A stretch of 64,000 nt of DNA from the human T2T-CHM13v2.0 reference genome, Homo sapiens (GCF_009914755.1 NC_060937.1); one strand, 5' to 3'. Counted from the stretch's first letter, positions 13,038 through 26,006 are shown. The notes: a model not told the origin generated them from the sequence alone. Translations and numbers: made by a program.

Positions 13038-15093
13038 AGCAATAGCATGTGGAAAGGCCCTGCAGTGGGACATAATGTGAGGAAACGGCAGGCTGTTGTG
13101 GTTGGGGTGTAATGGAGGGAAATGACTCTAAATGAAACTAGAAACTAGACATGTGTGCAGCGTCTTCAGGGCAGTTAAAGATTCTGGATTTTATCTTAAA
13201 ATGGTTGAAAAACCTTTGAATAATTTTTAGTAAAGGAGTGATGTAACTGAACAGCTAAGCTACAGGATATTACCTGAATTGTCTTAGAAGGCAGAGCCTT
13301 TTTTGGAAATCTGGTGAACTGTGGAGAGTGAAATGGTGGTTTTAGAAATTCTTTGGAACATGGGTAAGGTTAGGCTTTAGCAATTTTTAAGGGAGAGTCT
13401 TAGATAAACTTGGGAATGTTTTCTTCTTTTTCATTAATATCCCAAATTTCTTATGTGACTAATGTGAGAAATGGTAGATGAAAATGTGGCCAAGTTCTCG
13501 TGACACTTAATTTACTTCGGAAACATAAGGGTTTGATTTGTTGATGTTCTCAATTATTTATAATATTTGGGAGCTTTAAACTTCTATATAGTAATAAGTT
13601 TAATATATTTGAGTTTTGGAGCTCTTGTCAATTTGTGAGTTTAATTTTTTTCTACTGTCATAGTTGTAAGGTTGTATTTCAAGAAACAGTGTATTTAAAT
13701 TTACTAGGCTTTTGAAATGCAGATTTGCTGTCATCGGGTGTGTCCTGTACTTGTGTATATGTATTTGCATATGCATGCTCAGTCTGGTCTTCCATTTTTA
13801 TAGTATTTTCAGATAAATGAAGTTGGATCAGTAAAAGGATACCTGCTGGGAAAACAAGCAATTAAATCATAAGTTTTTTGGTCATTTTTAATTTCTTAGA
13901 CATATTGAAGGAAGAATGGACAGGGCTAAGAACCAAGCTGCTTCTCTGAAAGTTGGCCAAAGGAATCTACCAAAATGGGATGGAAAATATGAGAGAAGTG
14001 AGGGGACAAAAGAAGACAGACCCAGAACCTCTCATGTTTTAACAGGAGTTCTAGAAGCAGGAACGTACTGAACAAAGGAAATAATCAGTAAATAATAGAA
14101 GAAAATTTCTTTGACAGATCCTCAGGATGAACTAAGATAGATGAAAAAAAGCCATGCACCTAGATCTCCTGGTTATTGAATTTCAGATTTTCCAGAATTA
14201 AAGATAAACTATTCCTTCATTTGAACATTATTGGGAGTTTATCTATAGTATAACAAATTTCAGACATTTTATAAGTAATATTGGATGCTAGATAAAAAAT
14301 TAATATTGTCTTTAAAGTTTTAAGGAAGAAAGTTATTTTCAAACTATAATCCTGTACCGAAGCAAATAAGTGTAGGAGCAAAAGAAACTTTTGCTTATGC
14401 AAAGTCTGGATTTTATCTTAAAATGGTTGAAAGTTTTACCCTTTGTGCACCCTATTTTAACAGTGGGAAACGTACAAGGAAAAAAGATCACATGAGATCT
14501 AGAAAACAGTAGCCTCGGAGATGACCTAGGAGAAGCTGAGAAAGATGAAGATGAAATAAGACAGTGATTGACTCTCAGGCTTGTGATGTTCTTCACCTGG
14601 TAGTTGTGTTCTAGAGCAGAAAAATTACTTTCTTTACCTTGGTCCTGTCGTATCTAGTGATCACCTTATAGCTATCCCAATCACAGCTATAAAACAGAAT
14701 GAAAATCCAGTAAACCTTGACAGTGTAAAAATAGAACTGTCAAATCTGGAGATGGATACGGAGAAGGTGCATATATACTAAATAACCTTTCATGGTGGGA
14801 AATCAGATACCAACAAGGCGATGATTGGATTTTCTATTGTCTATTTAAAGTTATATACTAATTATGTAATTGTATTGAAATTATGAAAAACAAAGTGGAA
14901 AGTGGGCCTGGGTGGGGAAGGAAAAGAGACTCCTGTTTTAGGCCTTTAATGTATATTTTAGTGTTGTTTTGTGTGCAGGTATTTTAATAAAATCATGAAT
15001 GGGTTAGTTTTAGGGCCAAAGATAGTTTTCCCTTGGTCAGAACTCTGAATTTGTATATTTACTTTCTATCGTCTCTTAAGATTAGTGGGTCAG

Positions 15094-15170
15094 AGGCCTT
15101 TTCTGTTACTGGGATAAGCCATAACTCAAAGAAGAGTCTTTTAGTATCAGAGACACTGGGGAGGAAGGAT
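15094..15170 (+). repeat. 77-bp dispersed direct repeat, copy 2
   Basis: aggccttttctgttactgggataagccataactcaaagaagagtctt...gaggaaggat. Confidence 0.95.
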
Positions 15171-17722
15171 TATACAAATTCTCTTCTCATCACTCTTCCA
15201 TTCAATAACTGACAGTGCTTTCTAAAAGCTTGGATTTGCCACCACACTTTACCCAGTCATAGGCGTGAAGACTCTTAGTAAAAATCTAGTCTGTCCTTTC
15301 AGAGGGAGGGCCCTCTGTTTTCAGCATGAGATTATTTAGCCTATTTCTTCATGTAATTAGATTCTGTAACATATTGCTTACCTTACCTCATGATTTCAGT
15401 GTAGAACCTGTAAGTTATTCTAGCTGGTTGTCAGCTTGCATTGTGGCTGTAGTCTAAATTGGAAGCAGCCGTCTGTAATCTGTTTGACAACATCTCATCG
15501 TTGCCAAATTATTAGATCAGTCTTCTTCTTTGTTCTTTTAAGATTAAATTATTAAGTTTGATTTAAACTATAGCAGACACACAGACCTAAAGGGAAAATG
15601 GCTTCTATAAAAGGGAATTTTTAAACATGCCTTTGAAGTGTAATTACTACTACATTTTTTTTTTTTAAATCTCCACTATTAATTGCAGATGGGAAGTCAG
15701 AAGATGACTTGTGAAGTTGTAGCAGTCACTCTGGTCCTGGATAATACTGGATTTGATCTGGTGTGCTTAAAGCTGTTGTCTTATCTTCAGTTTTGACCAA
15801 TGATTAAGTGGAAACAAGTTGATAGTCAAGATAACTTCCCCTTTCTGACCTTTATGTTTCAGCTCTACTTTGAGACTGTTGTCCTGGTTAAAGAAGTCCC
15901 GCAGAAGGATCCGATAATAGTCATGAGGGAAGAGCATTAGATGTGTGATCGTGCAGTGGGTTAAGATCTGAGAAGTAGATAAGGTCTAATCCTTTAATTA
16001 TGATTAGATGCCTTATCCATTAAGATTATGTTTCCTATTAAAACCTAAGAAACACTTGACCTTTTAAACTTAGTGTCAAGAATAATTATAAAACTCTGAT
16101 TTCCGTGGAATAAATGTTATTCAGTAGTACTCCTTATGCAACATGGTGGAATTTGTAACTCTCATTCAACAAATATTTATGAAACATTTACCTGCCAATT
16201 GTCAGGAGTATACAACTGCTTTGTTACTTTTGAACTGAATATATTTTAAAGCTTAATCCTAATATCAAAAGTGATTTTCTTCATTAACTCTGCATATTAA
16301 TTACATATGAACTAATGAACTCTTGCATTGGGTATTTCTTAAAGATGGTATATAAATCATGTTTTAAAAATATTACATTTTGAGTAAAATTGGAAGTTTA
16401 AAGATTGAGTATCTGTAGTATCCTGGTATCATAGGTACTCATACATATATATGATGGTTAATGATTTTTAAGTTATTACATTCATTGTCATAGTTTGAAT
16501 GAATGGGAACTGCAGGAAAAGATACAAACTAACTTTCTGATAAGTTTTTCATAGCTAAATTTGAAGACTGTGAGACTTGGGTATAATGACTAACTTACTT
16601 TGATTGAATCGTCCCTAAGACTACCAATTAGGTGCATTTAGTAGTTCTTCAACCCTTCTTATGTAAATACACTGACAAATACATTACAGTTGAATTCTCT
16701 GTATTTCATGCATGTCTGGGAAGGAGTACTGTGAACATCTGCTTCAAAGTAGTAGGACTTCCTAGACCCCATATGCTTGTTTATCAGGTCGTCAAGCACT
16801 GTGGAGAAACTAATGCTACTCAAGTTTACCCAATAAAAAATATTGGATCAGATAAGCTGCAAGCCATATGTTACTGCTCCAGAAGGGTTGCTCAGGTTGG
16901 AGCCAAGTCAGCAGCACTTACCTACTGTGAACTTACAGCCTTTCCAGAAAGCTTGTATCTCAGTCTGTGCAGACAGAGTTTATGAGAGTGAACCAGTAAA
17001 TTGCTGTCTTCACCTTGGTTTTTGAATTCTTTTGTTAAAGTTTAGTGTAAACATTTGAGCACATCTGTGTGCCAAGGATTTCTATAGGCTCTAAATACGT
17101 AAAGATATAATATCACCTAAGAAGTTTATACCTGAGAGGATGGTTTATGGAAATGGAGATTTTCCTGCCCTGGTGGTTTATGGGTTTGGGTCAGAATGCT
17201 GTGTTCTCGGTAAAACTCCCTGCCAATTTAAGGGAGAATAAAAAATTCTTAAAGGAGCTGATGTTTCCTTTACCTTCACTGATCTTAGGCCATTCGGTAA
17301 CTGGTATTTATAAAGGACTAGAAGTTGGATTCCTCTGTTTGGCTTGGAACTGAGGCTTGCATGCCTGTTGTATAAAGAAAGAAAAAAGCAGGATTTGCTT
17401 CACTTACTTTTTCCTTATTTTCCAGAACTCTGGTAATGAACATCATTAAGAGTCAAGATAAATAAGTAAGAACTGTTGACCTATCCTGACCAAGCTTTTG
17501 AAGGTCAGACAGTTCAGTTTTGCTTCTGAGTTGGTAACAACTGAGCAAAGACTAAGTCGCCATAGTTGTCTAGGTAGATACAGTGTAAGAAGCCGGCCCA
17601 TTGTTTTGAGAAGACTAGGTTACACTTCTTTAGAATCAGGAAAAGTGAAAAGTAGAAAACTCCTACAGAATCTTTTCTCCTACCTAGCTTCTAGAACATT
17701 TTCTTTCAGAATGTAGAATGTT

Positions 17723-18068
<346 letters not shown>

Positions 18069-18449
18069 CTATAACATTTCATTAAAAAAAGTATTACCAT
18101 TTGTGAATGCTTGCTGCAGGCTTTCATCCTGTACCCATGAAAAGCCTGTTTATTTCTTCCTACAAACATAACTTTTTTTCATATGAGAACACTGCAACAT
18201 TTAAGATGTTATGATTTGCTCCAAATTTCAAAGCTAGTATGTGGCAGGATGAAGACTGGAACTCGGGCATCTGAATTCTTACTGAAGTGTCCTTTCAGTC
18301 TTTTCTTGGTCTTTATTACAATATGTTATGGAAAACTGTAGTGAAGAAGTATCCTGTCAGCCATCACTGCTGTGTCTCAACACCTGATGCTATGGTTCCA
18401 GCCCTGCACGTTTTTCTGAGTGACTATTATAAAACTGGTAATATATGTT

Positions 18450-18770
18450 AGCCCGGGGTTGACACACTATGGCCATATCTGTTTTTCTGCCTGTTCTGTA
18501 TGGCCTAAGAGCATTTAAAATGTAAAATGTTAAATGCCTTTTATGTTTTTTAATGGTTGAAAAAAACAAGAATATTTCATAACCCATGAATATTAAATTC
18601 AATTCTCAGTGTATATAAATTAAGTGTATCTATGCTTCTATAAAACATTTTCATTTCAGTTTTTTCAATAGCTGCTTTCATACCATAATGTCAGCATTGA
18701 GCTGGTGTGACAGAAACCCTATGGCCAGCAAAATATCAGCTGGCCCTTTACAGAAAATATTTGACCACTG
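18450..18770. mobile_element. MER58-like hAT-Charlie element
   Basis: Ends ggccctttacagaaaatatttgacc. Similar layout to 1157-1463. Confidence 0.6.
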
Positions 18771-19249
18771 TTAGTCTGTGGCTGTGCTCTCATTTTGGAC
18801 ACAGCCTTCCAGACCCCATCTAACTCTTCTTCTCAGGACCTTCCCTGTGGTTTCTAAAATCTCCAGTGGAAGATTATCTTCAGTCACTGGGGTGGTTTTT
18901 TTTTTCCTCTTAATTATGGTAAATTCCTCTTAATTATGGTAAATTTTTTATTTTGACAACAATATGACTCTCACACAGCCACTCTCAACCTGAACCTGTA
19001 AGACATAAATACCCTTTACAGAATGATAAGGCAGGCACACGCTAACATTTTCAATCTCAGCTCTTGTGTTGAGATTAGAATTGTTCCAGAGATATGCTTT
19101 TCAGACTGACCCAGGCAGTCACTTTCATGGTTAACCATTTTCCTTGTTTCCAGTAGTGGCCATCCTAGCCTTTTACTACATGAGGTTCTTTATTCCAGCC
19201 TCTGGAATAAATATTCTCAGCATATTTATTGCCTGTAACTTACAGATTA

Positions 19250-20950
19250 AAAAGCCTTAAACTCACCTTCCTCTCCCTCATTCTCTGTATTCTGTCTTTA
19301 CCTCCCTGTTTCAGAGGAAGTGAGAACCCTCCCTTTCCAAGGCTGTTCCCCCTAGCTAATCTCTGTCCCATTCCTCTCATCTCCAGGAACTTTTTTCCAT
19401 GCTTTTCTTTTTCCTTAGACTCTTCTCTTGTCTGTTATTTCTAATCTCCAAGTCTCCTTGATCCTAAAAGCCATCCTCCCTTGAGCCTTATACTCCTCAA
19501 GCTACAGCCCCCCTCTTTTTTTAAACAACAACAACAACAAAACAACAACAAAAACATTTATAGCCAAATCTCTCTTCAAAGACTTTTTCCTCACCTTATA
19601 TCTGCCTGACCTGCTAACACTGATTTTTCCTTATGTCTTCTGCTGAATCTGCTCTCATCAGTGGCCTGGTTGTTCTAGCCAGTAGCCTCTTTTTAGTCCT
19701 TATCCTACATGCCCTCCCTGAGTAGTTGCCACTATTAACTATTAGCTCCCATGTTGAAACTCTTCTGCATTAGTCTTTTTTTTTTTTTTGGTTGGGACTG
19801 GACGCATCTTTGAGCCTCTGGAATTCTCCTCCCCAAATTATCTTTCTCAGTTTCCTTTACTCATTCTCCATCTGTCTACTCTAAATTGTTCCTTCCAGTC
19901 CCTTCTCTTTTCCTTGTGTATTTTCTCCTTGGATGATTTCAATCATGCTTCATCTAACACCTATTTGTTGATGTACCCTGAATCTGTTTGTCTCTCTAGC
20001 CCTCTTCCCTGAACTCCAACTCCATACTGGACACAAGCATGTAGGCATTTCCAGTAACCATCTTGAGTTCAACTAATTTTTTTTTTAATCTAAACATGAG
20101 TATCTCATGCTCTCCATGTGCGATGGCATCAGTGTCTTAAGAACTAAAGCATTAGCTTCGGTCTCTTTTTTTCCCACTCCCTATATTCATTGGGTTGCCA
20201 GATAGCTGCACTTCAGCTCAAATGTGGCTCATTGAACCTATTCTCACCAAATTTTCTGCTTGTGCTTTTGTTCAGGACCTCATGATGTCTCACCAGGTCT
20301 ATTTACAAGCCTCTTAACTGGTCTCCCAGACATCAGTCTCCATGCCCATTTAGTTCATCATTTCTATGGCTACTTATGTCATCTTCATAAAATGTAATCT
20401 GATTATGTCTTTCACCTTCTCACAGTCAAAACACTAACTGTTCATTAAAGTATAAACTGTTCATTAATGTGTATAGATATGAGACAGTGCAAAACCCAAA
20501 CCTACCAACCTCTCCAGCCCTAACTCTTCTCTTATACCCTATGCTTTAGTCCAAACGTTTGCCATTCCCTGATTGTACACTGCTCTTTCATGTGTTCTTG
20601 GTTTCATATGCATTACTTCTATTTAGAATGGTATCATATCCTGTGAGATAAGCTCCTCAACCTTCAAGGGCCACATTAAACTTAATGTCTCCTGAAGTGT
20701 TTAGATTCCCCCAGAAAGTTAATCATTGCTTTTACTTTGCTCTGAGTGTACTCCTTATGGTGCTTTTACTGCACTTACAATATGACATCATATTCCACTT
20801 ACTTGCCTGTCTTCTGTAGTAGCTGGTCTTTAGAAACTGGAGTGGGAAGGAGAGGAGAACAGTCACCATATCTTATTCATGTCAGCACCTGGGGCATCTG
20901 ATATGCTATAGCCACAATAGTTAGTGCCTATTCAAATGAATAGAGAAATG
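19250..20950 (+). mobile_element. Diverged L2
   Basis: Pyrimidine-rich L2 phrases (ctctagccctcttccctgaactcca, agcctcttaactggtctccc), ending in a ...tgaat-type 3' tail. Confidence 0.65.
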
Positions 20951-21168
20951 AATTTTTAAAAGTGGGTGGGAGTATAGGGGCCAGGCAGACTTCTCGGAAT
21001 GACTGTGGAGCAGGGAAATGCCACATGCTGTGTGTATCTGTGGAAGATATTTAGGTAACTGCTTGGAGACTGACCTTTGAAGTTTTTTAGTATCTGTTGC
21101 CAAATGTTGATTAAAGGAATGACTCTAGATGTTGTAAACGTTGGGCATCTGAATCATTCTGGAGCACT

Positions 21169-21268
21169 ACACACACACCCACACACACACACACATATAC
21201 ACATACATATATACACATATATACATATACATATATATACACATATATACATATACATATATATATAT
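21169..21268. repeat. Compound (CA)n/(TA)n microsatellite
   Basis: Direct reading. Confidence 0.95.
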
Positions 21269-21491
21269 TTTTTTCTCAGGTACACGGCATTACTTATGAA
21301 GATTTAAATAAAAAGTTGGCCAGTTCCACAAGGCAGAACCTGGGTTAGGGAATGAGGGAGAATATAAATTTGGCTAGCTGGGAAGACAGCCATGAGCATG
21401 GATACAAAACCATGACTTATTTAGAAAATAGGCTGTGAATTTTAGTGAAACAGACCTAAAGTTTGCTGCTAATGAGTTTTTATTGGGTTTG

Positions 21492-21682
21492 CTAGGTATT
21501 AAGCCTAGCTATTAAGCCCAGCATGCATTAAGTATTTTTCCTAATGCTGTCCCTCCTCCTACCATGGATGGAGCTAGAAGCCATTATCCTCAGCAAACTA
21601 ACGCAGAACAGAAAACCAAACACTGCATGTTCTCACTTATAAGTGGGAGCTGAACAGTGAGAAGATATGGACACAGGGAGGG
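21492..21682. mobile_element. Short L1P 3'-region fragment with internal inversion
   Basis: 21492-~21563 is antisense L1 3'UTR. ~21564-21682 is sense ORF2-end/3'UTR (atggatggagctagaagccattatcctcagcaaactaac...). Confidence 0.85.
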
Positions 21683-21886
21683 CTTGTTTTCTAGAATAAC
21701 TTCTGCCTGATGAGAAATGTGGCTCTCCTGTTAGAACTCACTAGAAAGAGTGAGGGTCCTGACCTCCAGGGCTTCCTCACCTAACTGAAACCAAGCCAGA
21801 TGCCGTGTACAGTAGAATGTATCGAAATGCTACCAAACGGCCCAAACAGAATTGCAGCCGTTTTGTAACTCTTTCTTGGATTGCAG

Positions 21887-21949
21887 GAAATGGCAGCATT
21901 TCCAGAATTCGGTGGCAGCTTTGTTGCCTTCTTGCATGGTTTTCCACCG
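21887..21949 (+). other. Candidate 63-nt in-frame cassette exon
   Basis: Acceptor gtaactctttcttggattgcag|GA and donor CCG|gttagt. Length is a multiple of 3 and stop-free in the SLAIN1 frame. No expression evidence available. Confidence 0.35.
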
Positions 21950-23889
21950 GTTAGTGTGCTTGGCATAATCCTTCCTTTTAACTGTGCGATGCAGTGCTGT
22001 AGGAACTAACTCATCTTAGTGTCACCTGTTTAACCACTTTTCCATGTTTGTTACCCCAGTCACACAGATCCTAGGCCTTAGTAATATAACATCATTTAGT
22101 TGGAAACCGGAAGATTGATATAAAATTCAGCAACTTAGTAGTTACTAGAAAGTATTAATGAAGTGCTTCTCCAGGTATATTTTTCACCGAGATTTTAGCT
22201 GGTTTGAAACATCTAATTAGACTATTATGTGTCTTCAGAGTTAACAGAATTATACTTAAGTTTAAAAAATTGGGCAAAGTAATTTATATGTCAGGATAGG
22301 AGTGGTAGAATGGTTTGAGATAAGGAAATATTAGTCAACTTGCCAAAATTTTGACCACATTTAGCATTTATTGAGTGCATACTGTGTTCCAAGTCTTATA
22401 TTAGGTACTGAAATGACTGTAGTGAGAAGAATGAAAAGGATTGTTGCCAGAATATGTTATAGTGTTGCTTTATTTTTGAACTCTTTAGTTTAATGCACTA
22501 CCGACCTTTTGAGTCTTCTAAGATATTAAATCAGTTTTTTCTTTTATGTGAATTAAGTAATTGCTTTCTTAAATTTGATTTTGATTATGTGTAGAGACAT
22601 GTCTATTTAACAACAATTTGAATACTTTGAGTCTAAGCAAAGATGATCAAGCAATGGTAGGAATGTCATTGTTTCTGGGAACTTTTTGTTGGTCACAGAA
22701 TAATTTTCAGTGTGACAAATTAAAGAAACTTAGGTTGTTCCTTAAACCCATTCTGTCGTCTGCCTTTTTATGATTTTCTTGATTTTATCACGGGAGCATT
22801 TATCGAATCTAGTTTTTTTGGTCATACTTTGCTTAATGGTATACAAAAATAACTACACAGATGTGTTATAACTTATCTTTTCAGTCAAGCAACTTTGAAA
22901 ATGTACAAAAAATAAGAGACCGTTAGTCACCCTCAACTTATATTTTTGAAAAAAAATGAGGTATCGGTCTACAATTTAGTACTTTATCACATTCATTCAG
23001 TAGAAGATGATTGTCAGACAAGGGAGGTGAAGTATAAAGTTTAACCAATAAGGGTGCATCCTTAGGGTAGCTTCAGAGACACTGTAGAGGTGGGCATGAG
23101 ATAAATGACAGTCTGTAAGGGTGGTAGTGAAATGAGCTGAAGTACCTTTAAGGTCTTGCATTTGATGAAAAGCCCCTGCGGTACTTTAATTGATGAGAGT
23201 AACACAGTTAAAATACATGACATTCAGAACAGGTTTGCTCAGGGCAGTGTTGGTGGCTGGAAGTTTGTTGAAGAGCGGGTTGCAGTAATCTGGTGAGAGG
23301 TGGTGAGTGGTTAAGGAAGTTGCGGTAGAACTACAGAGATTATGCAGAAAGAAGTGTCCTGGGAGGCAGTTTAGCTTAAGGCATTTGGGAAAGAAAACTG
23401 TGCCAAGTATTGTACATTGATTCAGTGTGTAGTCCTGTTTGGGGCCAGTTCGATGCTATTCTAGGGATTGGAATAAAATGAAAAAATGCATAGTCTATGC
23501 CACTTCCAAGTTTGCGAACCGCCCCCCCCCTTTTTTTATAAATAGAACTCTGGAGTAGGAGTATAGGGAAATTTAACTGTTGTTCAAAAATGGATCACCC
23601 ATTTTTTCTCTTTTGGCAAAATTGCCTCACTCCTTTCTTTAGAGCTATTTCGGTCATCACTGAGCCTCTTGAATCATTTCACATCATTTTATATACCAAA
23701 AATCCACTGAGATAATTGGTTGAAAAAGATAAAATTGCTCTTTTTTACAAGTTCTTTTTGTTTGTTTTATTCTTTATAAAAGTGCTTCCTGTTACAATTC
23801 TTTAGCTATGTACTGAAGAACAACTAGGATGTGATAGCTTCCACTCCTGTCCTCCTCCTCCTCCACTGTAACCTTGGGCACTAGTGGAG

Positions 23890-24230
23890 CATTATTGTTT
23901 TGTTAGCCTGCCTTTACAATAATTTTCCTCCCCTTTCTGAAAAGCTTCAATGCTAAACAACAATGTAGAGCATTCTTTCTTGCAATAGACGCTAATTGTG
24001 TTCCTAGTTGGGATCTTGCTGTCATAGCCACAATAACTGTGTCAATTGTGCAGGGAGGCTGGGTCACAGTGGTTATTGTGCAGAGTGATGAATGCTGCTT
24101 ACTTGTGATGTGCTGCCGCCCGCATCTGTGGGTGAGAACACGCAGTTACTGTAATTTGCCTGGCAAGTGATCAGACTGGTATAAAATAACATCATCTGTT
24201 AGGCAAGATAGCAGTCACAAAGAACTATTG
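23890..24230 (+). promoter_or_regulatory. Candidate internal promoter/enhancer with clustered SOX half-sites
   Basis: Non-repetitive sequence with multiple ACAAT/ATTGT motifs, including the inverted pair CACAGT-ggtt-ATTGTG (24065-24080). Donor-like TGG|gtgaga at 24131/24132 and TATAAAA at 24180-24186. Confidence 0.45.
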
Positions 24231-25078
24231 GTCTTTTAAAATATAGAATTTTTAATGAGAAACTTTGAATAATAGAGATTGAACATGTGAGAACAGCTAC
24301 CTAGTGTGTGTTGCATTATTAACCCCTAGTTTGTAGTGTATTCTGGAGTCAAGTTGACCTACATAGAAGAGAAGGAACTGGAAGTGCATGTCTGTGTTCT
24401 GGCTCCGATTGGGAAAAGCTGCTTAACCACTGTAAGTTACGGGTTGGATAAGTGACATATACGACTGGTGTCAATTGGCAACCAGGCTTCACAGTTTCAT
24501 GAAATGTGTGGATTCTGAAAGTGTTGTCATTGCGAATGTGGTTTCCTTGCCTAGTTCTTCCACATACTTAAGGAAAAGATATTTTTAATGTAATTGTTAG
24601 AATGTGTTGGTACGTAATGATTCTGAAGTAAAAGGAATTTTTTTTTTTTTTTTTTAAGTAAACTTGGTGTTTTGCAAGGATCTGAAGAATCCCAGTTTGG
24701 AGCTGATTATTTTCTTGACTGTCCACATCCCACAGTTTTTTTTTTTTTCTCTCCATCCCACTGCCCATTTTAAAGCACTTTTCAGCTGTCTGATTGCTCA
24801 TTAGCATTGCTCATTAAAAGTGGTCTGGGGGCATGCATTTCAAAGCAGTCCTTTTAATACTTGGTTTTTCAAGTTTTGTCAAATTCCCAGTGAATACAAA
24901 CCAAGTTATTTCTTGAAGTTTAGCCTTGTTTATATTTTTTATATTATTCCTTCTGCTTAGTACATGTCTAAATGATTACTTTTCAGAAAAGTGAATTTTG
25001 CTTAGCGCATTGATTTGTATCTCATGAGAGGAGAGTAAATCATGTTTGGTGTGACTTAAGCTTTTATGATTTGGGATT

Positions 25079-25098
25079 TGTGTGTGTGTGTGTGTGTG
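25079..25098. repeat. (TG)10 microsatellite
   Basis: Direct reading. Confidence 0.95.
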
Positions 25099-26006
25099 AC
25101 CCCAAGAACATGGAGATACAAGGGGTGGTAATTTTGGAGGGGAGAAGTACATTAATTAGACAAGTGAGGTAATGTAAGAATGAGATCATCTGCCCATGGC
25201 TGGTGTAATTCCTTTTTGTTCATTATATTAATTTAAAAAATAATATTAAAGTAATAACATGTATATTCCTACCTTGAAAAGCTAGTTATATAAATAATAT
25301 GTATGTTTAATGCAGATAATTTGGAAGTTTTTTTTAAAGAAAAAATCCGAGTGATCACCAATAGTCTCTGTACCGGATAGTCATTGTTAAGCTCTGGTAT
25401 AGACACCCCTCTGTTACTCTGTACACTGTTTTTCCTTTAAACCTTGTTTTGGTCTCAAGGCCATTTGGAAACACAATAGTCATTCTAAGTCCTCCCATAA
25501 TCCAATACTGAATTTACATAAAATGTTTTTTATCAACATTTTCTGATATTAACTGAGTAGAAAAAATATAGAATTACATATAGTTAATATTAAGAACATT
25601 TCCCTTAATTCCTAAAGATTAGGAAGATTATAAACTTGAGTTTTTCTTTTGACACTAATCCTTTTTTATATTGCAAAACACTAAATCCTTATGTGGAAAT
25701 AGAAAATTGAAAACATTTCTAACGTAGAAACTCAAAATAAATTTTCATTATTATACAGGCATGTTGGCTTTAATCAAAGTAAGATTGATTTACTTTTTAA
25801 AAATGGATGTATAAATAGGACCCTAATTCACAAATTGTTTATTTTGTATATATTTTTTATTTAGATAAGTGGAAGTCAGTTAAGATAGTCCTATGAAAAG
25901 TTGCTTTGTCTTTTTTTTTTTTTTTATTCTCTTCCCTTTCTCCTTCTGACAAGTCAACATATGCTTCCATATAGCTAACTGCTGCTATTTTCTGCTTCTG
26001 TGACAG

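Larger units (their letters stand above)
12615..13250 (-). mobile_element. L2 fragment, interrupted by a (TG)n tract and a 77-bp templated insertion
   Basis: Purine-rich L2 antisense phrases (agcatgtggaaaggccctg, ggattttatct, taaaggagtgatg). Confidence 0.6.

Noticed and set aside
24029-24080. Imperfect inverted repeat (cacaataactgtg...cacagtggttattgtg) as a pre-miRNA
   Set aside because: The stem is too short and bulged for a Drosha substrate. It is better explained by inverted SOX sites.
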